Made by a program: the position numbers and the translations under genes. A stretch of DNA of 62,526 bases, the filler included. It is 22 parts of 22 records of this genome, joined end to end, with 100 filler letters (N's around TTAATTAATTAA, not from the genome) between each part and the next. Parts side by side here need not be neighbours in the genome. Positions count along the whole stretch, not along the records: positions 32,133 to 34,741 come from SRR16133337_14752; positions 34,842 to 37,143 come from SRR16133337_14898; positions 37,244 to 39,337 come from SRR16133337_14968; positions 39,438 to 42,348 come from SRR16133337_15021; positions 42,449 to 44,864 come from SRR16133337_15047; positions 44,965 to 48,299 come from SRR16133337_15070; 16 more parts are not named here. One strand, written 5' to 3'. Position 1 is the first letter of the stretch, and each line of letters starts with the position of its first letter. Shown here piece after piece: positions 33,823 to 45,325 of the stretch. The notes beneath the pieces are model-generated. The model ran no database searches and had not been told where the DNA came from. It was given only the letters and a program-made list of their open reading frames with translations.

Positions 33823-34062
33823 GGCCTCATCCATAAATTCCGTTGCGCGTAACAGAGGGAGGGAGTGGAGCGTGGAGGGGTGAGAGAGGGCATGTGGAGG
33901 GAGGAGTCAAGCCCAGCAAAGTGGAGGGTGGAGGGGATGGGTTGTGGGTGGGAGGGGTGTGTGGAAGGGTGTGGGTGGCAGAGTGGAGGTGGAGGTGTGG
34001 TGGGTGGAGTGGTGTGGTTAACAGAAGGAAAGGTTCGGGTAACGGAATTTATGGATGAAACC
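33823..34062. mobile_element. PIF/Harbinger (Tourist-like) MITE, 240 bp
   Basis: 24-bp TIRs GGCCTCATCCATAAATTCCGTTGC / GGTTTCATCCATAAATTCCGTTAC (21/24 match); TAA duplication at 33820-33822 and 34063-34065; very G-rich interior. Confidence 0.85.
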
Positions 34063-35280
34063 TAAGTAAAATGTACTTTTTGTCTGGATTTTAAAAATAT
34101 ACAAACACACTAAAACATCGCACGTTTAGTGTTCAAAAACGTTGTGCGCACGTTTTATGATTTCCAAAATGCTGTTCAGCACAAATACACAAACATCCGA
34201 AAAACCATATTTTTAATGTCCAAAAACGTTGAATAGACATTTTTGTGATTTTTGAAAGGCAGGCAGATAGCCTAACCATCCTGAAAACGACCACACACCC
34301 CGAATTAGTTGTATCAACATATAAATTTAATGCTGTTGTGCTTGGTCAGGAGGGTTCCGTTTCGAAATCTATCACCAGTTTAGAGCAAACCAAAGGGCGT
34401 AGCCGGATCAAATTCTTGTCTGATGCTGGAAGCATCCCGTTTTGAAAATTGCCCGAAGAAAACAACCTAAATATATTATGCTGAGTTAAAAGTTATCAAG
34501 TCAGGAGGTTGGCTTGGCAGGAATTAGAATTTGGCGGATTATTTGGAAACCAAAAAAATGAGGGTGGATGGTGTGTTTTTACTAAGGGTGTGGAGGGTGG
34601 GGGGTTGGTCAACCAAAAAATCAAAGCACCGATTTCTAAGCAATGAAGATGATCTAACATTGTTTCTGTGTGCAGTCGTGTTTTATATGACTGTAGTGTG
34701 GTTTTCATCCATCTGAGACACTTTATTGCTCAAATGTGGACNNNNNNNNNNNNNNNNNNNNNNNNNNNNNNNNNNNNNNNNNNNNTTAATTAATTAANNN
34801 NNNNNNNNNNNNNNNNNNNNNNNNNNNNNNNNNNNNNNNNNTTCACAAAATAAATCAAAAAATAAACATGTATTTCCAAAATGAGTTGAAAGAAGTACCA
34901 CCCCCAATTGGGTGATTGATTATTTTTTTGCACTCCCGACCCCTCCTCCCCAATTGGGGGAGTGACCACCAAAAAAATCACACACCCTAGAAAAAATGGC
35001 TGTGGGGTGTGTGTGACCACCCACCCACCCCCTCACCAATTTAGGAGGGTGCGGAAAGCCCAGAAACTTCAATATCAACATTGAAAATCTTGTTTGGGGA
35101 TTATGATTTTTCCATTGAGTTTCGCTTGTGGCATGATTATTCATTTTTTTTAGGGGAATTAACAACTTTTAGAATTGCACATTATGAACCATGACAATGT
35201 AAACTTTTCATGTGTACTTCAATCCTTTCAAATCCTCAACAAACAAAACACAAAACTTTGAAATCTGATAATATTTTTAC

Positions 35281-36244
35281 CTTTAGGCATCCGGACCCAT
35301 TTTCCCGGTTCTGGTGAATTTGTGGGTTCTCCTAGCGCAACAACGGCAGTAGATATTAATATCCATGCGAAACCAACCTGAAAAAACAAAAATATATTTG
35401 ATACACGAATCTTTCGTGACAAGGAATATGTTAACCACTTCTTTGCATTTTGTCACAAAGGTCTACAGCTTTTTAAAAAAGGAAATAAAATGCACTTTGG
35501 TTTGGCGCCACGCCCCTTCCCTTAACGATCAATCCCCATTGGACGCCTGTCCCCTCATGTAGCACAATACAGCAACATTCTCCCCCATGAAATCGCTACA
35601 CTCCTTTCAAGGAAGATATGTCAACTTCCCTTAGGACAAACCCACTATACTCCCCCAAAATTCTGCAACCCCACTCCAAGTCGCGCACACAATTCTCTCT
35701 ACGAAAGTGGGAAACCTAGTACACCACAACATACATCCGCCTCCACCACCCACCCCTGGTGTAATGTCAAAATTAATTGAAAATTTCAGAAAAAATACGC
35801 GAAAAACACAATAAATTTGAAGTACAGTACACAAATGAGGCGCACAATATTTCACGTGTGCATAAACCACCACCCCAAAATCATTTTATGATTTGACTCA
35901 TGCTGTGAAGACGGTTCCAGGAAAATCAAACTGTTGGAAAAATTTTAACACTTTCAACCCATCGCTCATTTCCGGAAAATAATCACATGATCAAGAATCT
36001 CAAAACGTGCGAATATAAATTCCGATGAGAGGCGTGAAAACAAATGCAACTCCCAAAACTAAAAGGGTGCGCTTACTCCAAACAGTAGACATACCCAACA
36101 AGACCACCAATCGTAATTAGCAACAAAATCGTGCCACCACGGCGGTGAAGGTACTGCCATTTCATCATCTTCGTCCTCTTCGTCAGTGTGTTTTTGAGAA
36201 ATGCCAATTGACTCCATTGAAGATGAATCTTTTGAAAATTTCAT
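35281..36244 (-). CDS. N-terminal exons of a membrane protein, YeiH/putative sulfate exporter-like
   Basis: Exons 36095-36244 and 35281-35377 splice in phase 0: ...ANYDWWSCW-VGFAWILISTAVVALGEPTNSPEPGKW, resembling the EDWWAVWIG N-terminal motif of long YeiH-family proteins. Confidence 0.45.
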
Positions 36245-37801
36245 TTTACGAAAATTCGCGTCTCCGCCACCACAAATAATTTCACTTTCGACCTCCTCCT
36301 GTGAATTCTGCGAGAGACCTTTCTCCTTGTCAGTTTGTTGCTGCTTTGGGTGAATTTTTAAGATTTGGTGGGGTGGTGGAGGAAATTGAGTCGGCACAGT
36401 GCCAAAGAAATTGCGGCAAGAGCAATTAAGTGCGAAATTTAAGCTTTTGCGATTAACGAAGGAGAGCTGTAAGCATTAAATGAGTCCTTTTCGACTTTGA
36501 GAATATAGATAAGTCCTGTTAATCCAGTCATAATATTGAAACTTCAGGTTTATTTTTTCAAAGGGTCTGGATTGCTCAAGTCATGTCCGTCTCAGGAATA
36601 AGCGAAATCCGGTCTTTTTCTCAACTCAAAGAATACTGCGAAGAGAAGGGTGGTGCAAAGCTCGCTGTAAGAAGTAAATTATTTCACAGCACTTTTCGTC
36701 GGGTGGTGAGTTTCAAAATTTCTGTTCAGGACACAATTGTGCTTCTTGTCCATTGTTAGATCATTTACATCCATAACAAAGTTCTTTCTTCCAGGTGAAA
36801 TTATTTGTTGTCAGTCGGTGTTGTATGATGAAAATAGAGCCAACTCCTGACAATCAAATTTCGACATGTCATGCATACATGAAAAAAATGATTTTCAACT
36901 GCTGAGCATAATTATCCATCCCCTGACAAACTTCTTGTTCTTGGCATTATAACAAATATCTATTGCTCAAGGTTTACAACATTTTCAGGTTGGTAGACTT
37001 TGTTGACTTGTGAAATGGGGTTCTCACAGTACGTAGAGTACATATTATCCAGTCTCGAATGGGGGGATAGTGCTATTTTGGTGATGATCTCCAAAAGAAA
37101 TTTTTTATATATTTGTATGAAAACAAGATTTGACATGAGGCAANNNNNNNNNNNNNNNNNNNNNNNNNNNNNNNNNNNNNNNNNNNNTTAATTAATTAAN
37201 NNNNNNNNNNNNNNNNNNNNNNNNNNNNNNNNNNNNNNNNNNNTGCGGAATTTTTCTAATTTTCACACATATGATTTTATGTTATTTTTCAACATGTTTC
37301 GTATAAAATTTTTGCTGAAATTGTTTTGTACAACATTTTTTGAATTACATTTTTTAGAAATCTACAAAAATACAATTTCTTCTACAATCAAGAGAACGCT
37401 GTGTATTTCAGGAATGAATTCCAAAAACGCGTGTTTGGCACATTATTCCGTTGTTTTAGAACTAAAATATCAACAAAATTTGTTTTAAATCGACAAAAAG
37501 CGGGTGAAATTTTCTTGGCGGACAGCGACTGCTATTTTAAACTTTTCATAAATTCCTGTACTTTAGGGACTTGTTTGGATTTTAGCAATATGCATAAATT
37601 GTTGTGTGCTGAAATACACAATAAATATGTAATTCTTACCAGGAAACTTTTCCTTTTGACAGATGTTATGACAAACTGAAATTATTTGGAAAATTTTCGC
37701 TCAGTTCGAATCTACACATATCGTCTCAAAAATATTTTAAGAATTTGATTATTTTGATTACAATCATGTGAACAATATACGCTAATATGGTGTATACATA
37801 C

Positions 37802-39262
37802 TTCCAATAACTTCACGTGAATTTTCTGACCCATCGACACTTTCACCGCCAATTGAAGGCTCACGATCACGCGGTGTTGGCCCTGAACAAATATACACAA
37901 AAACAGAACATGTAAAATATGCACTAAACTTCAGAAGATCTCTTTCGTTAACATACGTCCATATTTAGAAAAATGAAAATAATTTTCGCTATTAAGGTGT
38001 TCAATAATAGATGATGCACACGAAGACTCAAAATGAAACTTTCATGATTTGTTTCCCCCATGGTTCATGCGAAAAATTAAATTTCGTGCACTTATGGGAA
38101 ATTTGAAGGGAAACTTCATGGATTTTGCACACGGAGAAAGGCTTTTTGATGTCTTAAAACAATGGGAATATGTTTTGTGTTCGATGAACTTATAATTATG
38201 TTGTCTTAATGTGAAAAAAACGTTTTGATATGTAGAGTGGGACAACTACATTTTGCATGCGCTTTATATCAAAATCATTGATGGCAATTCAATCTGCTGT
38301 TTTTCATTGAAATGCAAAATCAAGTACATCCACATGTCTAATATTTCAAACTTTTCACAAAAATTATTTTCTCAATTAAAATTGAGTTTCAAAATTCAAA
38401 ATTAGGAAAAATATGAATCCATGAACAATCCAAAAAACATCGAAATTTTCCTAAATCTTCAAAAAAAAATTTCATGTATTTCAAAAATCAAAAATAGTGC
38501 ATAATTTTTCCAAAAAACAACAACCCAATGTGTAAAGTACTTACATCCTCTTAAATAAAGCGCTAATTCGAGTCCTTGACTTTCTCTCATATTGATATTC
38601 TCAAAATCTTGTGGAAATCCATCAAAATTTCCCAAACGCGAAGAAACTAAAAATGGGTCAAATCTTCCCGAACGATGCACATTAAAATCGGCGTCAGCAA
38701 ATAAAACAATCCAATACGTTTCTGAAGGATTTAGAACAACTAAAAAACACAAATATTTTAAGGAATGTACATTTAAGTAATATATTATTATACGTGTGTG
38801 TATGAGTTTCTTTCAAAGTTCCAGAATTGTAATTTTTATAACTTGTTACTACTACAAAAAATCTTTATGTGGCAAATAATCGCATATCGGTTTTTGCATT
38901 ATAAAATCTAAAAATTGTATTCGAAAATTATTTTGGTAAATTTTTGTTACGGAAAGCTGTGAAAAAGTGAAATATTTTTAGAATTTTCTGAGATATATAT
39001 TCCAAAGAAGTGGTATGTATTTTTGTTACAGTACATATTTTTTGAAATAAATTTGCGCACAAATGCACATATTATATACCAAAAAAACTTTATTTTGGCT
39101 TACAACACATTATCAATGATATTTTTTTCAATGATTACTAACCTTGATTTGCAATTTCAAATTCATTAGGTCCTGTAACAGGTGTTGTTTCTTCACCAAG
39201 TGCAATTAAACTTCCCGGTGTTTGAGCGCCATTATCATCTTCAGTGTTCGAATATATTGCCA
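37802..39262 (-). CDS. Unknown eukaryotic protein, three phase-1 exons (beta-sandwich-like)
   Basis: Exons 39143-39262, 38545-38739 and 37802-37882 are multiples of 3 with GT-AG ends: VAIYSNTEDDNGAQTPGSLIA...VVLNPSETYWIVLFAD... Confidence 0.45.
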
Positions 39263-39437
39263 CTACACAAAAACAAATATCATCAAAAAAAATTAAAATC
39301 AAAATAGAACTTCTACAGTCCATATCAATGAATAACCNNNNNNNNNNNNNNNNNNNNNNNNNNNNNNNNNNNNNNNNNNNNTTAATTAATTAANNNNNNN
39401 NNNNNNNNNNNNNNNNNNNNNNNNNNNNNNNNNNNNN

Positions 39438-39461
39438 TCCTTAGACAGTCTCCTACCTTAA
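39438..39461 (-). mobile_element. TTAA-flanked terminus (Kolobok-like), copy 2
   Basis: TCCTTAGACAGTCTCCTACCTTAA at a contig start, near-identical to 3983-4005. Confidence 0.5.
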
Positions 39462-42400
39462 CTTCGAATTTTCTTTCATACCATCCAAAAAATAATTACA
39501 TTGCACAACCTAAATGTTTTGTTTCATCGTAGCAAAACAACACTAATCATCGCATTACGTCTATTGCTGGAGCAGACTTTCCAAAACAGATTCAATAAAC
39601 ATTCAGAAAACGCAAAACAAAATAAATTTGCAGTGAAATAGTTGTTCTACGAATTGAAACGTTTAAGTTTATCAACATGAAGCAAACCCTAATTTTTAAT
39701 CATAAGACTCTATTGTCGACCCACACATTACATGTAGTATTTTTGATAGTCGATATTTATCACAAAATTGCTAATTCTTAGTGTTTCAACTGACATTTGC
39801 GTGAAGTTCAAGAATAAACTTGACAAAACTCAAATGCTTTTTTTCTCGTTTTTATTCTTCAAATAGTTTTGATGAATTCTTTCTCTAAAAGTCTTGCCAC
39901 ATTGTTACGAGTTTGAAAGACTGAAAAAACCAACATGTGATTTGTATTTTCTGTGAACTGAAGCATTCGTTAAAACAATCAGAAAATAAAATAAAAAAAG
40001 CACTTTTCCTGTAAATTTCTGCACGTGCAATACAATTTATCATTTTAAGGAAAGTTACTTTTTCTGAACACTGTTCTTGAACAGTGAATAATGCTTTTAT
40101 TACGTTACAGTAAAATTGATTCCCTAAATATTCATAGCCCTCAATGAGACGTTTCAAGCACCATTAAATCCTATGGGAATCGAAGCATACGACACAAGAC
40201 TTCAACACACAAAATAACAACAGCGTATACAAAAAAAAGCAATAGTAAAAAATCGGTTCAGCAAAAACACTTTGTGCAAGAAATGAACAATGCAAACGTT
40301 CAAAACCAAAAAAAATACAACAAGCACAACGTACCCTCTTTGAAATCATTTCAAAATCTTCGAAAGATTTTTTGGATTCCTGGAAGAGTTGCCTCGCAGG
40401 TATATTCCTGATTTTGTGTTTGTACACCTGTCGGAGAATTTCAATGGACTTATTTTGTGAGATATTTTGAGCGCATAGATTGTAGAATATTTTCCTCACA
40501 TCTTCTTCAGAAAGTGTGCGCCCTAACAACACCGGAATTAGTACATGTTTATACAACAACTTATTTTATGGCAATAGTTTGTGTCAAACGAATTACGATT
40601 GGGATTGAACTTCTCTTGGCTTGTGCATTGCGAGGACAGTAAAGATTTATTAGCATAGAAATTCAATGGACACAGAATTTTGACATACACAAAATTTCAC
40701 ATGGCAGAGAAATTAGTTTCAGTGAAAAAATAAGATGGAATGAACATCAAAGCTGCGTAATTGTCCTTCCGGAGATAATTTAATTCAAAGGAGATTGCGA
40801 TTGTTTAGAAACGCCTTTTCCATTTGAATTGAATTTCCCGTGAGTGGAAGCTTGGACAGAAGAGAATTTTTGTTGCGAAAACATTTCGCCTGACCAAAAG
40901 TTTCCATTGAGACTAATGGCTCTCGAAAATGAACTAATGTTGTGAAACAATAGATTACAAAGAAATTTGAATTGAGTACCACAATTTGAAAATATTTCTT
41001 ATGCAAGAGTGTTATTTGCAAAGCAAATTTTCTTCCAAGCTAAGTTTAGTCGCAGTGACACTCCACATCAAAAGAAATTACGTTTCGATGTTAATTTTGA
41101 TTGAACACAATTTCGGTTGGAAATAAATTGTGTCTTGTGAGAGAATGCTTACTGCATATTGATTTCAAAATCTTCATGCAAATAAAATATCATTTGGCAC
41201 GAATTTCACTTGACGTGTATTAACACTTGGCTTGATTTAAACAGAAAGTTAGTCACAGTTAAAATTGAATTTGTTTGGTGAGAAAATTTCATGCTGAGAA
41301 ACGGAATTGTACTGGAGTGTGAATTTCTTCACATTCATATTTTGAGAGAAGTGAAGCATGGTGCGTATAAAATGAAAAAGACTACTTTCTTTCAGTACTA
41401 AATCTCTCTTGGCAAAGTATTACTCCTGGAAGACAATGTCGCTTTTAAAACAAAACCTTTCATGTTTACACATCGACGTGTAGTATTAATAAGCAATTTA
41501 AGAAAGTTATAATGAAAGGCAATGTTATTCGAAAGATAATGAAAAATATGAAAATTAAAAAATACCTTGTGAACAAACAGAAAAATGGAAACAAATAGTT
41601 TCATTCTCACCAATCTTTTCTGTGACAGATATTTCCTTCTTTTCCCCAAAGGAAATATCCACAACATCAAAAATTGCGGAATTATTAACTTTCATTTCGA
41701 ACTTTCTGTTTTCGGTGCATTTCATATTAAGCGAGAATTTGTTTACTGCGCCCACAAATACGACATCTCCACTTCCAGGAGTCCATAATACTTCTTCTCT
41801 CTCGTGATGGCGAGAATTGGAGAATACTTCGACTGCAGTGACAGTGATTGATAATTTTTCTAAATCAAGATACTCATTCATTTAATGTGTCAATATATTC
41901 CCGTGCGGATAAAATACCAATGCAAATGATATTCTTTCCACATGAAAACAATCAAGAAATTTAGAATTGTATTTATTTGGTCGGTCTTTTCAAATTTAGT
42001 AATTCTTTTTGATATTGAGGAGTAATTCAAACATTAAATCTTGATTAACACGTTTTTACAGGTGAAATTACACAAAGAAGTGATTGTGCAAAACATTGAA
42101 AGTAAGACTTTGCGTTTGGGACCGTTCATAAATTCCGTCACAGCGACGATAGTACGGGACGTGTCAAGTCCGAGCGTGATTAGCGTAACGAATGTGGTGG
42201 GATGTGGCGAAACACTAGTGTGACGCGTCACGCTGGCGAACTGGCGGTTGAAACTGTTCACATTATTTTTTGGTTTTGTCACTAATTAATGCGGGCTTGT
42301 CAGCGAATAAATCCACTACCTTCATGTGTCTGAATTTTCAATTTTCAANNNNNNNNNNNNNNNNNNNNNNNNNNNNNNNNNNNNNNNNNNNNTTAATTAA

Positions 42401-42985
42401 TTAANNNNNNNNNNNNNNNNNNNNNNNNNNNNNNNNNNNNNNNNNNNNATTTATTGAGATATTCATCAACAAAGAGTGGTAAGTTTCTTTAAAAAAAATG
42501 TTATTTGGCGGGTGTGTGGTTGGGAGTGGATAGTCGAGGGAAAGGCAAACAACGGTTTTCGTGCGGCTAGGCGGTTCGTTGTTTTTAAAGTATAAAATGG
42601 GTTGGGTTAGTTTCACTGTGGCAGGTGTACATTCGCGTTTGTAATGTCTTACCTGCCTCTACATTTACGTATGTTATTAAAATTGAACAGATTGTATACC
42701 CCTTATTAGATTTAGATTCAAAAAAGCGGTGTTCTTACAATCCAAGGAAATTAAGTTTTCTGCGTGTGGGTTTTCAATTTTTGAATGGTGTGAGGAACTT
42801 GGGGGGCGGGGCGGGGTTGTAGCTAACAAAATACGCAAAACGATAAAAACATGCTGAAATTCAATTCCACAAAATGTTTCACAAAAGATGAAAACTTATA
42901 TGAATTTAATTACGAATTTCACAGAGGTCCCGTATTTTTTTCGAAAGCACACTTTTTTAATCTTTCTTTCCATTTTCGTTTTTAG

Positions 42986-44864
42986 GAGACGATTGGGTGT
43001 CTTTCAAGGACTACATTGAAAATATGAAGGAGAACCAAAAGGACATTTACTATATCTCTGGAGAATCAAAAGAAGCAGTTCAGAACTCTCCATTCCTTGA
43101 GGCTCTTAAGAAGAAAGACCTTGAAGTTCTTTATTTCACCGATCCAATTGATGAATACGCTGTTCAACAGCTTAAGGTATGCCCCTGTTGTGTTTTCTCT
43201 TCGCTCTCATGGTTTTTGGATAATTTTTGTTGTTAATATTTTCGAAAAATTTGATTTGGCGCGTACTTAAAATCTCATGATTTTGTCGATTTGGTGGATG
43301 TTTATAGTGGGATGGTATTTTGTTTTTTCCAATTGGGGTTGCGCTTGTGTTCACCCAATTTTGCTGATTCCGAAAATGAAGTAAACTTGTCGTGAAAATA
43401 TTCTGTGTCGATTCAGGCGGATTGTATGTACATTTGCGCGTGTTATGCACCGCGCCTGGATGCTAAAGTTTTTTTGTGTGCTCTTACGAGATAAAAGGTG
43501 TTGTGTATAAATATTTTGTGTTTCCATTGCTTTGGCCTGTGGAACATGTATATTTTTGGGGAGCAAAAATGTTAGAATTAAAATTTGGGGCTAGGGGATG
43601 TGCAAGTTTTATGTAAGATATTTGATATGTGAAAATTCGATATGACGAAATGTCCATGTACTTGGTCTACGGGGGCATGGATTCCGTTCCACTTTTCGGT
43701 GGTTGTTTATAAAAATTAAATGACAGTGGGTTTTGAAAATATCAAACTAACATTTTTGCTTGTTTTTATAGGAATACGAAGGCAAAAAATTAGTTAGTGT
43801 GACGAAAGAAGGGCTTGAACTTCCAATGACTGATGAGGAAAAGAAAGCAGCTGAAGAAGAGAAGGAAGCTTTTGATGCTCTCTGTAGTCGTATTAAGGAA
43901 ATTCTCGGTGATAAAGTTGAGAAAGTAATCACTTCAGATCAAATGATTGAATCACCTTGTTCACTTGTCACTGGTGAATTTGGATGGTCTGCTCGTATGG
44001 AACAAATTATGAAGGCTCAAGCACTTAGAGACAACTCAATGAGCTCGTATATGACTTCTAAAAAGACGATGCAAATCAACCCTAAACATCCTATTGTTAA
44101 GGAGCTTAAGGTGAGTTTCTAGTAGAAAACTAATGTGTTCGTTGTGGTGGGAAGTGTGGTTTTGCCAAGATTTTGCATGGAATCGTTGGTTTGGGTTTTA
44201 AAGATTTTTTTTGTGAATTTCAAGGGACATTTTTGGGGCGCCATTTACATTTGTCCATCACTCCATGAACAAACGAGCACGGGGAATTTGTCATTTTTCG
44301 TCCTAAAACTGCATTCTTTGTTGCTAAAGTACTACACCACCGTTTGAGAACTGTATTGCGTTTCGCTTTGAAATGCACATAAACGAGCAAAACCTGTGGT
44401 CGTTGGAATACCTAGTAAATATTAGCAAATTGTGTAAATGTGTTTTGCCAGTTCAATAATCATACAGGATGTCGGTGATAAATACCAAATATTTGGCAAA
44501 TATCCAGTTGTGGAGAAAATCGTGTTGGTATTTTCAAATTTTTTTTCGTATGAGCATTCTTGCAAAATTTGTCGAAATACGAAAGCATATTTGGGGTGAG
44601 GAGGGGGGTGGGGGTATAAATTTACTCAATCCCCAAAATGTGTAGAACGAAATATTTTACTTTTTTCCTGTGTGTATATTTATAGGCTAAATTCACTGCG
44701 GATCCAAACGATTCAACTGTAAAGGACCTTGTATGGCTCCTTTTCGAAACTTCGCTTCTTACTTCTGGATTTTCTCTTCCTGAACCAACAACTTTTGCTG
44801 GAAGGATTCATAAACTCATCAAACTCGGACTTTCAATATACGATGACGATGGTGATGACGACGA
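42986..44864 (+). CDS. HSP90: Cytosolic Hsp90, C-terminal fragment, 3 spliced exons
   Basis: Exons 42986-43176, 43772-44110 and 44686-44864 (GT-AG, phase 0): [16 protein letters not shown]...[27 protein letters not shown]...[24 protein letters not shown]...[12 protein letters not shown]...[20 protein letters not shown]...[12 protein letters not shown]. Confidence 0.97.
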
Positions 44865-45062
44865 NNNNNNNNNNNNNNNNNNNNNNNNNNNNNNNNNNNN
44901 NNNNNNNNTTAATTAATTAANNNNNNNNNNNNNNNNNNNNNNNNNNNNNNNNNNNNNNNNNNNNAACGGCGAAGTTGCAACTCTACATTTTCCAAATGTT
45001 TAGAGAGATGTAGTTTTTCGATTTTAACACCAATTTTATTTTATTTCCACCTTCTTTTTTAG

Positions 45063-45325
45063 TATTAATCATCGGATTTAATGCAGTTTTTATGACAATT
45101 TGTGGTGTTGTGTTAATACGATGGGCACTTAAAGGCATTTACGATTTCTTTAAAAGAGAACGGCAATACGGAGGCGACTTAGGAGATGATGGTTTACACG
45201 ATGCGCAAATACAAGGAAATAGACCAAGAATAGATTCTGATCTTGATCTTGCACAAACTTCAAGAAAATTGACTAGAGGTGATTCAACTGTTTATGTTGA
45301 AACGAAGCCGCGTGCTACTTCAATG
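45063..45325 (+). CDS. Internal exon of a eukaryotic membrane protein (TM helix + cytoplasmic tail)
   Basis: Polypyrimidine-AG acceptor at 45062 and GTGAGT donor at 45326; LIIGFNAVFMTICGVVLIRWAL followed by a charged tail. Confidence 0.45.

Noticed and set aside
33080..34030. G-rich/C-rich tracts as telomeric repeats or Gly/Trp-rich ORFs
   Set aside because: No fixed repeat unit; mostly explained as MITE interiors.
39885..42282. Chain of minus-strand ORFs as one gene
   Set aside because: May be exons of a real gene, but I could not build a phase-consistent model or assign a family.
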